Source: a virus. From it: DNA of 64,000 bases. The stretch spans positions 91,566-155,565 of the IMG/VR virus record IMGVR_UViG_3300020463_000007; one strand, given 5' to 3'. Position 1 is the stretch's first letter; every line of letters starts with the position of its first letter. This document shows positions 22,801-32,034 of this stretch, in pieces. Both the position numbers and the translations under genes were made by a program. The notes beneath the pieces are model-generated. The model ran no database searches and was not told the origin of the DNA. It worked only from the letters and a program-made list of their open reading frames with translations.

Positions 22801-25800
22801 GATGATGTTGTATACCTTGACAAAGGAATTTTCAAAGCAAATACTAATTTATCTCCAGGAATTTTCAACGGTGCAAACTGGACGCAACAAACACAACCTC
22901 TTGATTATTTAGGTTATGTGCCTAACAACACAGAGATAGTTCCAATTTTTGATAGTGCTGATCCTAGTACAGTTTTAGATCAAGGTGGTTTATTTAATTT
23001 TGGTAGAATAGATGTATCTGATGATGGAGAAGTTTTAATAGGTCTTGCTAGATATAATGCCTTAGGCAAAAGACAAATAGTAGTATATAGAAACAAAAAT
23101 GGAAATTATCAAAGACATCAAAGTATATTAGCAGACAGTTTTCCTGCACCACTTAGTGCAATCGATCTTGATTTATGGTCAACAGGTAATACTTTATGGG
23201 GTGCTGATATTGCTATTAGCAGTGATGGTAATATGATTGCCATAGGTGAACCTTTTGCTGAAGCACAGCGTGATGAAACAGATCCGTCACGTATAGAAAT
23301 TGATCAAGGTAGAGTATTTGTTATGAAGAAAAATACCACTACGGGATTTTTTGAATTATCGCAAACATTATATACTAGAGGAAACGAAGCAGTTGAATTA
23401 TTTGGAATTAAAGTATCTTTTGACGGAAATATATTAGCAATTACTGCAAAAAATGCAGATTCTTCTGCTAAGACAACATTTGATAGTGTTACAGGCATAC
23501 CTCAGACTACATGGGATAATAATTTTACTACATTCGCTAAAAAGTTTGTAGATACAGGTGTTGTACATTTATATGAAAATATAGATGATAATTTAGTATA
23601 CGGACAAACACTTTCTTATGATGACTATAGAGACTCAACACAATCTGTAGCTAATATAGATGCTACAAGTAGTGTAAGAGATTTTGGTATGAATATGTTA
23701 GCAACTAACGGACACGTATATGTAGGATTACCTTTACAAACAGTAGCCGCAGGCGAAAACGGAGCCATTATAGACTTTAGAAAAGAACCTACAAATAACA
23801 TTTGGAATGAATATTCAAAACCAAAAGATACTGTTGATGTAAGTAAGATTAAAAAAGTTTTATTATACAATACAAAAGAAAATAAATTAATAAGTTATAT
23901 AGACTACATTGATCCTGTACAAGGAAAAATTCCTGGAATAGCAGAACAAGAATTAAGTTATAAATTACATTATGATCCAGCTGTTTATACCACAGGTACT
24001 GCTAGTGTTAACACTAACAAGGCAGAAGTATGGGGCGAAGAACAGGTAGGAGAATTATGGTGGGATTTATCAACAGCTAAATTTTTAAATGCTTATCAAG
24101 GCAATACAATCTATAGTGTTAATAATTGGAATACACAATTTACAGGTAATAGTATTGATGTATACGAATGGACAGAAAGTAATATATTACCATCCGAGTG
24201 GAATACTATTTCTGCGACAACTGAAGGAGTCACAGAAGGCATTACTGGAACTACAAAGTATGATGATACAGTATATTCAACAAAAAGAGTATACGATCCT
24301 ATAGCACAAAATTTTAGTACAAGATATTTTTATTGGGTAAAAGGAAAGATTACAGCTCCTTCTATAGAAGGCAGAAAACTAAGTGCCTTTAATGTAGCAA
24401 GGTATATAGACGATCCTGCTGGTATGGGATATAGATTTTTAAACTTTATAAGTCCTACAAGTTTTGTTTTACATAACTGTGAAGGTTTGTTGAAAGATAA
24501 GGAAGTTGCATTAAGTATTCAGTACTGGACTATAGAAAATCAAGATATTAATATACATAATCAATACCAACTATACACAGCGGGTCTAGATACTAGCAAA
24601 CCTAATGCTGATATAGAAAGAAAATGGTTTGATAGTTTAATTGGTTATGATGACGCAGGCAGAATAGTACCTGATCCTAACTTATCTGCAAAGGAAAAAT
24701 ATGGAATATTAAATGATCCTAGACAATCTTGGTTTTTAAATAAAACTGAAGCCCTAAAACAAGTTATAGATAGAGCAAATATTGTTTTAAAACAAAACTT
24801 AATTGTTGATGATAAAATAATTACCCCATTGCTGTCCAAAGAAGCAGTACCTTTAGCAGCTGGTAACACATACGATCTAGCTGTAGATACATTCCAAGAC
24901 TTAGAATTTGTTGGTACAGCTAAAGTAAAACAAGCGGTTTTAACTCCGGTAGTTGTTGACGGAAAAATTGTTAGGGTAACAATCACTGATCCAGGTAGAG
25001 GATATAAAGTCGTTCCAGCAGTAGAAATTAACGGAAGATACGAAACACCTGCAGATATTACAGTAACACTTAATAATGTTGGTGCGGTTACAGCAGTCAC
25101 AGTCAATTCTCAAGGTAGCGGTTACGATTCAACACTAACAACATTATCTGTAAGAAGATTTGCTGTCCTCGTAAGAAGCGATAGTACACTATCAGGTAAA
25201 TGGTCAATTTATGAAAGAAATGTAAACAATACCCTTTGGTTAAGAAAAAGAAGTCAAGTATTTGATGTATCTCTTTTCTGGGAATATATTGATTGGTATG
25301 ATGTAGGATATAATGAATTTACCACAATTAATCATTTAATTGAATCAAGTTATCAATTAGAATCACTGGACGATACAACTGGGGATGTAATTAAAATTGC
25401 AAACGTTGGTACAGGCGGCTGGCTATTGTTAGAAAAAATAGATAATGCTGATTCAATAGATTATACAATAAATTACAAAACAATAGGAAGAGAAAACGGA
25501 ACTATTAAATTTCTTCCAACATTGTTTAACACAGCAGTAGGATCAGGCTTTGATAGTGCAAGTTATGACATAAAGGTATACGATGTGCAGCCTGTAAAGG
25601 AAACAAGAATAATACTTCAATCATTGAGAGACAACCTATTCATAGATGAACTAGCTGTAGAATATAATAATTTATTTTTATCAAGTCTTAAGTACGTATT
25701 TGCAGAACAAGGATTAGTTGACTGGGCGTTTAAAACTAGCTTTATTAAAGCAAGGCATAATGTTGGAGATTTAAATAAAAAAATAACATTTCAAAACGAT

Positions 25801-28800
25801 AATTTACCTAGCTATGAAGAATATCTTAAAGAAGTCAAACCTTTTAAATCTAAGTTACGAGAATATATAAGTGATTATAATCAACTAAATGTATCTGCGA
25901 ACTTAGTAACTGATTTTGATTTACCTCCAAGATGGGATGATACTAGGAAACAAATTGTTCCTCCAGCAGTAAAAGTAATAGATAACGCTATAGTAGGAAC
26001 AGATACAGACCTAACAACATATCCTAACAAAAATTGGGTCGATAATTTAGCTTACAAAATTAAACGTATAGAAATATCCGATCCAGGCACAGGATACACA
26101 CAAGCACCTGTAATTAATTTTGTAGGGGAAGATTTGTCAACTACGGAAACAGGTACTGGCGCAACAGCTATAGCTAGATTAGGACAAGGTGGAAAAATAG
26201 CATCTGTAGAAGTTATTAATCAGGGAACAGGATATTTAAATCCGCCGACCATTGAAGTAAATGGATCTATTGCAGAAGGTGGAAGGCAAGCTAAATTGAT
26301 TGCTGTGCTCGGTGACGGACTAGTCAGAGGCATGCACACAACAATCAAATTTGATAGGATTACTGGAAAATTTGTTGTTACAAAACTAAGTGAATCACAA
26401 ACATTTGCGGGTACAGGAAGTTCATATGTATTTGATTTAATATTTCCAATGGATTTAAGAACAAATACTGTAGAAATTACGGTAGCTGGCGAACTAGCAT
26501 TACAAAGTGAATATACATATGAAAATATAAAAGATATTTCAAAAGGTTATGATAGGTATTTTGGTAGAATTACATTTGTTAAACCACCGGCAAACAATAC
26601 TTCTATTGTAATTAATTATAAGAAACCAATTGAGTATTTAAGTGCATCGGATAGAGTGAGTTTAGCATACAATCCAGTTGCAGGACAATTTGGTAATGAT
26701 TTGTCGCAAGTAATGGACGGTATAGATTACGGTGGAGTAGAAGTTAAAAGTTTTGAGTTTGGTGGAAATACAGGTTGGGACTCTGCGCCATGGTTTACTG
26801 ACTCTTGGGACACATATGATACAACATATGAAGATGAAGTATTCAAATTAGATGGCAGTACAATTAGTATTACTCTTAGTAAACCTCTTGAAAATGGAGT
26901 AGTGTACAATCTATATAGAAACGGAATTAGATTAGATGATCCAAATTGGGCACCGGAACCAAATTATGACTCAACACTAATAAGAAATCCTAATGCAATA
27001 ATGCAAAGCATTACAGGTGATGGTGTAACTACGGTAATAGAATTACAAGAGTATGAAGTACCTACACAAGCAGACGATGTAATTATTGTAAGAAAAGTAA
27101 CAAGTGACGGTAGCTTTATTAATGACCCAGAAAGTTATGATACATCAATAAGTGGCGGCTCATTAGCATATAATTCTGCAACAGGTTTAAAAGCAGAAGA
27201 TATTACTATTGACGGCGATGGGTTTGTGACGCCTACAACAAGTAAAGGACCAGAAGAAATTATTCCTGGACAAGTTTTAGATGCAGTTGATATTTCAGTC
27301 TATGAAAGACCAGTAGGCGGAAGTAGTATAGTTGTTAATAGAAATCATACTGGCGATGGATCAACTAAATCTTTTGATATAGGTAAATCTCCTTTTACTG
27401 GTAGTTCATTGTTTGTAAAAGTTGATTCAGATATAATGGAACCAACTACTGATGATTCAACATTAGGATACACAGTAAATTATAAAAATAAAACTGTTGA
27501 CTTTGAAGTAGCGCCTACAGACGGAGCAAAAATTAATTTGACTTTAGTTGAAGTTGCAGGCTTACAAATTTTAGATATAGACAGTTTTGTAAGTGATGGT
27601 AGTTCAAACTCTTTTGAAACAAATGTTCGTTGGACAGATAATGTGCAAGGTATTGCTACAAGTAATGGAAAGAAACTAGATGCTGTGCTTACAAAAAGCA
27701 CTGGAGAATATCCAAATAATGTAGAATTAGTCTTAGCTAGTCCATTACAGGCAGGCGATGTTGTAAGATTTGCATTGTTTATAGGAGATGGAAATGAAAT
27801 AGATTCATTCAGTCAAGTAGTTGTAGACGACTTTATTGCAACTACTCCACAAGGCAACGACACACTTAATTTAAGTCAGGCACCTTTCTCATATGGTCCT
27901 GCAGGTATACACACACTTGTACAAGTAGGCGACGATATATTACATTCGGGATACAACCAAGAATTTACAGTATCTAATGACAGGGAATATAAGTTAGATC
28001 TTTGGCAAATACCTATTGCTTTAATACAAGCTGCACAAGTGCAAGTTTATCTAAATGGTAGACAACTTACTTACACAGTAGATTGGACTTTTACATCTGC
28101 AGAAGCATTTGATAGTGATACTCCTTTAGATCAACAAAAAGGGAATACTGTTAAACTTGCTGACGGCACAGGAGTTGCAGGCGACAAACTGCTTGTGTAT
28201 ATTATCACAGAAAGTCAATATAGATTTGGTTACTTTGAACAACAAGGAGATTCATCCTCTGTGTTTGTACCAACTCCTACTATATGTTCTTTCGAAGTTG
28301 ATCGTCCAATTGGTACAAGAATGAGGGTATTCCAGTTTAGTAATAGTACTGCCCAGAAATTTTCAAGAGAATCTTACACAGTTCAAGAAAATACTCCTAT
28401 CACAAAAGGAAGTGCAGATTATTATTTCTTAAATAATTTACGTGCAGGCTTATTTAAATTAAGAAATCAAGCTGTTGATTCTAAATATGTTTGGGTAATT
28501 TTAAATAATAAATTACTAAAGGCAGATGTAGACTATAGTGTAACACATGACAAAAATTTTGTAAAATTTGTAAGTCCTCTAAATCAAGGTGATAGAGTCG
28601 AAGTTTTACATTTTGGAAATCCAACTGTAATTACTAAATTTGGATTTAGGCAATTTAAAGACATGTTGAATAGAACACATTACAAGAGAATAGATGGTGA
28701 TAAAAATTATATATTAGGAAAAGATTTAAAACCATATGATAAAGTTATAGAACTTGTTGATGCAAGTGGTATTACTAATCCAACTGTTGGTTCAGAATAT

Positions 28801-29367
28801 CCTGGCATTATTTTTGTAAATGGCGAAAGAATTGAATATAGACAAAAAGAAGGTAATTTGTTAAAACAATTACAAAGAGGTACTTTAGGTACAGGAGTAA
28901 ATGATTTACATACAAGTGGCACTGAAGTTTACGATCAAAGTATAGATGCTTCTATGCCATACAAAGATGAAACAATAAGTACAGTATTTACAGCAGACGG
29001 TACAAGTTCTACGTTTGAGTTAGATTTTACACCAGGAGCAGGCGGAGTAAACGAGTTTGATGTATTTGTAGCAGGACAACGTTTGAGAAAGAATTCAATA
29101 TCTTCTTATAAGTTTGAAACTACAATAAATGGTGTAACAACAAGCAGTATAGCCCAAGATAGTCCAGAAGGTGATCAAACACTACCAGCACAATTTTCAC
29201 TTACCGGTAGTACTTTATCTTTACTTAATGCTCCAGGAGAGAATCAAAAGGTTATTATTATTAGAAAACAAGGAAAAATATGGACAGATCCAGGTAAACC
29301 ACTAAGTCAAGCAGATTCTGATATAGGCAGATTCTTACGAGCTACAAGTGTTGACTTACCTCGATAA
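13807..29367 (+). CDS. Giant (5186 aa) mosaic baseplate/virion structural protein
   Basis: Uninterrupted ORF coupled to gp6 (TAATG). Contains CBM5/12-like aromatic repeats, FG-GAP-like propeller blades, GxI/V-x-V-x-I-xxPGxGY repeats and (F)TGDGxTxxF repeats. Confidence 0.8.
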   Translation: MAYDNHQKDGNADPNAKRKSEQHLPKYFRTVPNSKFLSSTIDQLIQPGTVEKLNGYYGRETAASFNKDDNYIGDFSDSRENYQFEPATVIKDNLGSVKFYKDYNDYMNQLVSYNSKVKDHSVTNKQEYYSWNPHIDWDKFINFREYYWLPSGPQTIDVRGQTTEVVSTYTVTLADNLDNFGYVFSPDGLTQNPTIKLFRGITYKFDINTPGLPFTIRTKRSLDDTFLLTNTTSNIDNQGTEEGVITFTPTDTTPDILYYVADNDIEAAGLIKVANIEESSAIDIDAEVLGKKTYTTGAGFDLSNGMKIKFIGEVTPEKYATGEYFVEGVGDKIVLINQNELTVPSAFVNDVSVNFDQQGFDRQPFDTAIGYPTVRDYMLINRSANDGNLWSRYNRWFHKSVIEQSASLNGQPVSVDESARAKRPIIEFNKGLKLFDFGTQTKTNVNLLDTHTQDVFSTIEGSTGYNIDGVDLIDGMRILFTADPDPLVNGRIFEVKFFKFDGPEIEIDQNIKQISLIEVADSKPITNEVVLVSQGNTYKGLMYYYNGTTWKQAQTKTKVNQPPLFDLFDENNKSFSDTTVYNSSSFKGNKIFSYKEGTIGTADNEVGVILSYRTITNVGDITFKFDLLTEFFEYLIGSQLYYKNTDIGFLQKYSAIASYTNLNAWQKAPTDSKQPVIRQYVFDNSTSIFDIDVYEDSAALADLSLTVFLNNELKLKDVDYEIGTSPNNLKTVKFLSPAWTSQTGLTVGDKVVLKTTSSAQKNDNGYYDFPSNLERNPLNNNLNEFTVGEVNNHVSSIVEDLSDFSGKFPGKSNLRDLGDVTKYGNRFVKHSSPLNLAMYSMLDKESNLISSMRFARREYSKFKRSFLQVAHDLGWEGPVKEHVDRIMADLNKDKINSMPFYFSDMVPQGSFTKTTHQIDDNTEEYFLLSKTFTLDTVSRDSVQVYLNSKQLVHNRDYTFNSEGFCRVTAPKTGGDLLDIYEYETTNGSYVPPTPTKLGLYPSYEPEVYIDNTVQINAPVSPSGAYKFYGVAGANQMGAGKLGWFWPLYATQSEAVAKDIEQGGAGAAHRHTFVGLNRTFYMPNTSSNHGTTEPEQNIDEWIEGAPVIQGHDGSKTVAYKDYRDTLLLELELRIFNNLKVKYDTNLFDIHDFQGGEYRKTDFDKSAVDSPMLSDFIQWTNLVDKDYTLHDFYNRTNTFTFNYESAASPSGTLMPGFWRGVYRDAYDTDRPHTHPWEMLGFSIKPTWWETQYGPAPYTKDNLVLWTDIQNGVVREPNKKIKILNKYKRTNLLDHIPVDENGNLISPNDSGYVQSFDSARLGQSFKFGHEAPVETAWRRSSEYPFSLITAWTLSQPSKVLATGFDRANQVKNLTNQIVYKTQNNQIRLSNLIFPNTHLDTTQTYTSGLINYIAGYMASSVVLSYTEYKNNIKNITNQIGFKVGGYTDKNKFKLILDSRTPLNEGNVFVPDENYNIFLNKSSPVQTISYSGLIIEKRPNGYKIKGYDNYTTAFKYFPHFERDRDPVITVGGTSEPYSEFEGGRTYTVGSIVENAGKFYRVTTQHIAGDTFDDSNFASLTKLPVQGGREIILRREFASFAPLELPYGTILSSIQDVCDFIQGYGKYLESLGFVFDNFRKSASVVDDWETATKEFAFWTLHNWSAGTLISLSPAANQLKFRSNYSVVDNIFEGFFGYTLLKVDGRKLTNDFVQVDRQNPNEFILRPKNTADGIFAIKLPLVQKEHVVLLDNKTVFNDTIYDPEPGYRQERIKVLGYRTTNWDGSLNIEGFVYDEAYIEDWQPNKDYFIGDIVKYKEFYYNANSKVPGTQSFVDKNWTRLDYKPESGLSPNFEYKTNQFADFYDLDSDNFDSEQQRLAQHLIGYQKRKYLENIINDDVSQYKFYQGFIQDKGTKNALTKLFDVLGSADKDSLEFYEEWAIKRGQYGSATGFDEVEYKLDENKFRLSPQPIELVKSITGEETDLVYRIQPYETYLKPKNYSHSPFPKKYVAPEQGFVKDSGYVNQEDVKFIVKDFDSILNIDFSNCNQGDLIWVGNDKLTWNIYRHDTTDFIVEKVTGGDTEFTVSLTSTPANIQPGDIFGVYDLISTTLDQADSTFANASTTKAAIGSFFKVKSVSLEKITFESPDKVDDVEDCKGRLSKLVSVRTDSLTKLNELAQKLASTKSKFWVDKADGDNWTVYEATQAFQKLQDISSGESIPNETFATSITANKSNTVLAVGSPDEDDGQVYIYTRGSASANFVLSQVITAPTDTAFSFKQFYTGVTYTIGELVKANNKFYTVAETHIGGVNFDVTKFTLLEKPPKLQKFGSAISISQDGKYLVVGSPNASNVKTKYKQDYNASTSYILDDIVNYNNKLWKATTSIVPQSVSIQFTSFGSVVQQIESVGNTTQSSEQIDVILTGKYPFTGINVDHVLVKLPKLMYAGLDINDQIKLKWNSKTIANQEQTTYTSKIPFPGGGMPELSSSFFSSTHQVQMKVDLILNINAFTNQPVAGDKVQTQTGSGTVAYSYEVGGSIGLYLNNITGSFDATDSLFLASGDFVGEYTTSAPSESIDVSSYYGGYVMITVPGGYNIFATTSDQAKGLVYQEAITDSSAPSNYYYNSRDFETTTVQSEDTLASYIETLTYQGLPGAGGATTPFLSPFYVIRAPKAITDTLSNGNTFKFFVPSLARYSSGIDNNPSNIGLSYAETNKELTVYDLWDGYIKFQFTKFNLFGEPFEPRIGDTVEDVTTGATAEITFYQRDALNATIFVKNVVGNFSNGSLFGNNAEIKFLGTPTDPSPIYQVDRVMGEIQRKSLGLSAEGIGKLIVVDSGANIQVPSTSAMTDTEYWFYQENTVAGVPVAANLPSAGNNDWINVYSIPAVSGATASDFENQGMYSVFGTGSTNRYGFLQSYIVPEAKEDFYLGSEIKVTKKNDLYRLFVHAGEDYTRFRDFRNLKKDLDDSTFQPGRTYFVKHGTDELGATWDWELAKDKRFQGTFSNLVSYQTDDVVYLDKGIFKANTNLSPGIFNGANWTQQTQPLDYLGYVPNNTEIVPIFDSADPSTVLDQGGLFNFGRIDVSDDGEVLIGLARYNALGKRQIVVYRNKNGNYQRHQSILADSFPAPLSAIDLDLWSTGNTLWGADIAISSDGNMIAIGEPFAEAQRDETDPSRIEIDQGRVFVMKKNTTTGFFELSQTLYTRGNEAVELFGIKVSFDGNILAITAKNADSSAKTTFDSVTGIPQTTWDNNFTTFAKKFVDTGVVHLYENIDDNLVYGQTLSYDDYRDSTQSVANIDATSSVRDFGMNMLATNGHVYVGLPLQTVAAGENGAIIDFRKEPTNNIWNEYSKPKDTVDVSKIKKVLLYNTKENKLISYIDYIDPVQGKIPGIAEQELSYKLHYDPAVYTTGTASVNTNKAEVWGEEQVGELWWDLSTAKFLNAYQGNTIYSVNNWNTQFTGNSIDVYEWTESNILPSEWNTISATTEGVTEGITGTTKYDDTVYSTKRVYDPIAQNFSTRYFYWVKGKITAPSIEGRKLSAFNVARYIDDPAGMGYRFLNFISPTSFVLHNCEGLLKDKEVALSIQYWTIENQDINIHNQYQLYTAGLDTSKPNADIERKWFDSLIGYDDAGRIVPDPNLSAKEKYGILNDPRQSWFLNKTEALKQVIDRANIVLKQNLIVDDKIITPLLSKEAVPLAAGNTYDLAVDTFQDLEFVGTAKVKQAVLTPVVVDGKIVRVTITDPGRGYKVVPAVEINGRYETPADITVTLNNVGAVTAVTVNSQGSGYDSTLTTLSVRRFAVLVRSDSTLSGKWSIYERNVNNTLWLRKRSQVFDVSLFWEYIDWYDVGYNEFTTINHLIESSYQLESLDDTTGDVIKIANVGTGGWLLLEKIDNADSIDYTINYKTIGRENGTIKFLPTLFNTAVGSGFDSASYDIKVYDVQPVKETRIILQSLRDNLFIDELAVEYNNLFLSSLKYVFAEQGLVDWAFKTSFIKARHNVGDLNKKITFQNDNLPSYEEYLKEVKPFKSKLREYISDYNQLNVSANLVTDFDLPPRWDDTRKQIVPPAVKVIDNAIVGTDTDLTTYPNKNWVDNLAYKIKRIEISDPGTGYTQAPVINFVGEDLSTTETGTGATAIARLGQGGKIASVEVINQGTGYLNPPTIEVNGSIAEGGRQAKLIAVLGDGLVRGMHTTIKFDRITGKFVVTKLSESQTFAGTGSSYVFDLIFPMDLRTNTVEITVAGELALQSEYTYENIKDISKGYDRYFGRITFVKPPANNTSIVINYKKPIEYLSASDRVSLAYNPVAGQFGNDLSQVMDGIDYGGVEVKSFEFGGNTGWDSAPWFTDSWDTYDTTYEDEVFKLDGSTISITLSKPLENGVVYNLYRNGIRLDDPNWAPEPNYDSTLIRNPNAIMQSITGDGVTTVIELQEYEVPTQADDVIIVRKVTSDGSFINDPESYDTSISGGSLAYNSATGLKAEDITIDGDGFVTPTTSKGPEEIIPGQVLDAVDISVYERPVGGSSIVVNRNHTGDGSTKSFDIGKSPFTGSSLFVKVDSDIMEPTTDDSTLGYTVNYKNKTVDFEVAPTDGAKINLTLVEVAGLQILDIDSFVSDGSSNSFETNVRWTDNVQGIATSNGKKLDAVLTKSTGEYPNNVELVLASPLQAGDVVRFALFIGDGNEIDSFSQVVVDDFIATTPQGNDTLNLSQAPFSYGPAGIHTLVQVGDDILHSGYNQEFTVSNDREYKLDLWQIPIALIQAAQVQVYLNGRQLTYTVDWTFTSAEAFDSDTPLDQQKGNTVKLADGTGVAGDKLLVYIITESQYRFGYFEQQGDSSSVFVPTPTICSFEVDRPIGTRMRVFQFSNSTAQKFSRESYTVQENTPITKGSADYYFLNNLRAGLFKLRNQAVDSKYVWVILNNKLLKADVDYSVTHDKNFVKFVSPLNQGDRVEVLHFGNPTVITKFGFRQFKDMLNRTHYKRIDGDKNYILGKDLKPYDKVIELVDASGITNPTVGSEYPGIIFVNGERIEYRQKEGNLLKQLQRGTLGTGVNDLHTSGTEVYDQSIDASMPYKDETISTVFTADGTSSTFELDFTPGAGGVNEFDVFVAGQRLRKNSISSYKFETTINGVTTSSIAQDSPEGDQTLPAQFSLTGSTLSLLNAPGENQKVIIIRKQGKIWTDPGKPLSQADSDIGRFLRATSVDLPR

Positions 29368-29389
29368 ATACAATGACAGGAAAAATAAT

Positions 29390-30004
29390 ATGACAGACAA
29401 ATTACAGGATATGAGCGGAGTTTTAATACAAGGACACATAAAAATTCACGACCCAGAGTCTAATCATACGTTTGTAGATAAGCGTAATGCAATTCATTAT
29501 GAAAATATGAGTTTAAGCCTAGCGGAAAGTATTGGTAACGGCGGATCAGGTTGGATATATGAAATGAGCTTTGGAAATGGCGGAACAAGTGTTGACCCAA
29601 CTGGTATTATTACATATCTTACTCCTAACTCTACAGGCACTAATGCAAGTTTGTATAATCAAACGCATACAAAAGTAGTTGATGATAGAAGTGTTAACAA
29701 TCTAGATCCTGTCAGAAATAAAATAGAAACTAGACACGTTAGTGGTACAAATTATACAGATGTATTAGTTACATGTTTACTTGATTATAGTGAGCCAAGC
29801 GGACAAGATGCATATGATACTGCAACAGACGGTTCAAGTCTATATGTGTTTGATGAACTAGGTCTAAAAGCATATTCAGCTGATGGAACAGGCAGATTAC
29901 TTACACATGTAATATTTCATCCGGTGCAAAAATCACTTAACAGATTAATTCAGATAGATTATACAGTTAGAGTACAAAGTTTAACTGGTTTTAATGAGGC
30001 GTAA
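29390..30004 (+). CDS. Conserved virion/baseplate protein (gp8-position hypothetical)
   Basis: ATG at 29390 after GATAAATA (29363-29370). VFDELGL...LLTHVIFHPVQKSLNRLIQIDYT resembles baseplate/fibre-attachment proteins. Confidence 0.6.
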   Translation: MTDKLQDMSGVLIQGHIKIHDPESNHTFVDKRNAIHYENMSLSLAESIGNGGSGWIYEMSFGNGGTSVDPTGIITYLTPNSTGTNASLYNQTHTKVVDDRSVNNLDPVRNKIETRHVSGTNYTDVLVTCLLDYSEPSGQDAYDTATDGSSLYVFDELGLKAYSADGTGRLLTHVIFHPVQKSLNRLIQIDYTVRVQSLTGFNEA

Positions 30005-30009
30005 AATAA

Positions 30010-32034
30010 ATGGCATATACTATATCATATACAGACGCCGCTAACAAAGGTACAATAGTTTTAGAAGATAATACTTTAAACACTTCTACTTCTTTACAAA
30101 TTCCAGGTAGAAACACTACTGCATATGGATCAGCTATTGCAACAAATTTTTTACATTTATTAGAAAATTTTGCGTTCAATACTGCACCAACTAATGGTGT
30201 AGAAGGCCAGTTATGGTATGATAACACAGCAGGGTCTGAGACTTTAAAAGTTTATGATGGAACCAACTGGGTATCAGCAGCCGGAATTAAAAAAGCAGTT
30301 TCTTCACCAGACGTTTCTGCATCACAGTTAGGTGACTTATGGGTTGATACAGATAACCAACAGTTGTATCTGTTTTCAGGATCTGGTTGGGTTTTAATTG
30401 GGCCTGAATTTAGTGATGGGTTATCTACAGGTGTTACACCTGCAACAATAGTAGGCACAGATAATGTGTCATATACTGTTATTCAATTAGATGTCTTATC
30501 TAAGCCTGCTGCAATTATCTCAACTAGTGCGTTTACTCCAAAAACAGCTATATTAGGGTTTACTACAATTCAACCTGGTGTAAATTTGAGTTCAGTAGAC
30601 ATCACTGGTGCAGGAAATTTAAAATATATAGGAACAAGTGAAAAAGCTGAAAGTTTAGTAGTATCAGGATCTCCTGTAGCTGCCGCAAACTTTTTAAGAG
30701 CTGATGTAATAAGCACAACAAATTATCCTATCAATATTCAAAATAATACAGGAATAAATTATGGTTTGAATGCAGAATTAAATATCGGCATTGAAGGTAG
30801 TGCAGGAGTTATACAGCATCAGATCGAAGGTTCAAACATAGACATAAGAGTTAAAAATAATGGAATATTAACAACAGTATTGAGAGTAGATTCTAATTTA
30901 AGAGTAGGTATTAATAATACAGCACCAGACGAAGCATTAGATATTACAGGCAATTTAAAAGCTAGTGGCACAGCCGCTATAGATTCAACTACACAAAGTG
31001 AAACAATAGGAACAGGAGCTATTGTAACTAAAGGTGGTGCGGGTATTGCAAAAAATATATATGCTGGCGGAACTTTAAATGTTGCAGGTACCAGCACACT
31101 AAAAGATATTATGCCAGTTGCTCATAATTCATATAACCTAGGTACAGATGCTATCAAATGGAAAAACATACATTCAGTTAGTTTTACAGGTAACTTGGTT
31201 GGTAACGTAAGTGGTACTGTATCAGGTAGAGCAGGTTCTGCTGATAAATTAACTTCAGCTACAACCTTCCAATTAGCAGGTGATGTTACTGCCGCAGCTT
31301 TTACTTTTGATGGTCAATCAGGAGGCACTACTAAAACTTTTAATGCAACAATAAGTAACACAATTATTGGTGGTAAAAGTGCAACAGTTAGTTCACAAGC
31401 AGATGATGAGTTTTTATTAAACAGGGTCACTGGCGCAACAGGATTAGCAAAAATTACAAGAGCAAATTTATTTTCTTCAGTGGCAACAAACCCTGCAGGC
31501 GTAATGATGGCTTATGGCGGTAACACATCGCCACAAGATTGGTTAATGTGTGATGGAACTGAATATAGAATTTCAGATTACACATTATTGTTTGCGGCAA
31601 TAGGATATAATTTTGGTGCAGAAGCATCAGTAACAACAGGATTTTTTAAAGTTCCGGATTTAAGAGGTAGAACTACTGTTGGTAAAGATAACATGGGTGG
31701 TACTAGTGCGAATGTAATTACTGACGAATCAGCAGATATTATGGGTTCACAAGACGGACAAGAAAATATAGACATACAAATTACTAACTTACCAGATCAC
31801 AAACACGATTTACGTGGCGATGCATTAACACAGTTTTATGCAATCAACGATTTAGCGGCTCCAACCACAGATACAGGAGCATTTAGAGGAGATGGTCCTA
31901 CAGCAACAAACGGTGGACAGTATTTGCCAAACAGTGGTGGAATTGAATCTGATTCAGCAGTTGGACAGCCTTTAAATTTAATGAATCCGCATTTAATTAT
32001 AAATTATATAATTTATACTGGTAGGAGTACGTAA
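30010..32034 (+). CDS. Tail fibre protein with C-terminal tail-collar domain
   Basis: N-terminal LLENF...GQLWYD anchor; collar motif PAGVMMAYGG...WLMCDG...FKVPDLRGR...MNPHLIINYII. Confidence 0.85.
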   Translation: MAYTISYTDAANKGTIVLEDNTLNTSTSLQIPGRNTTAYGSAIATNFLHLLENFAFNTAPTNGVEGQLWYDNTAGSETLKVYDGTNWVSAAGIKKAVSSPDVSASQLGDLWVDTDNQQLYLFSGSGWVLIGPEFSDGLSTGVTPATIVGTDNVSYTVIQLDVLSKPAAIISTSAFTPKTAILGFTTIQPGVNLSSVDITGAGNLKYIGTSEKAESLVVSGSPVAAANFLRADVISTTNYPINIQNNTGINYGLNAELNIGIEGSAGVIQHQIEGSNIDIRVKNNGILTTVLRVDSNLRVGINNTAPDEALDITGNLKASGTAAIDSTTQSETIGTGAIVTKGGAGIAKNIYAGGTLNVAGTSTLKDIMPVAHNSYNLGTDAIKWKNIHSVSFTGNLVGNVSGTVSGRAGSADKLTSATTFQLAGDVTAAAFTFDGQSGGTTKTFNATISNTIIGGKSATVSSQADDEFLLNRVTGATGLAKITRANLFSSVATNPAGVMMAYGGNTSPQDWLMCDGTEYRISDYTLLFAAIGYNFGAEASVTTGFFKVPDLRGRTTVGKDNMGGTSANVITDESADIMGSQDGQENIDIQITNLPDHKHDLRGDALTQFYAINDLAAPTTDTGAFRGDGPTATNGGQYLPNSGGIESDSAVGQPLNLMNPHLIINYIIYTGRST

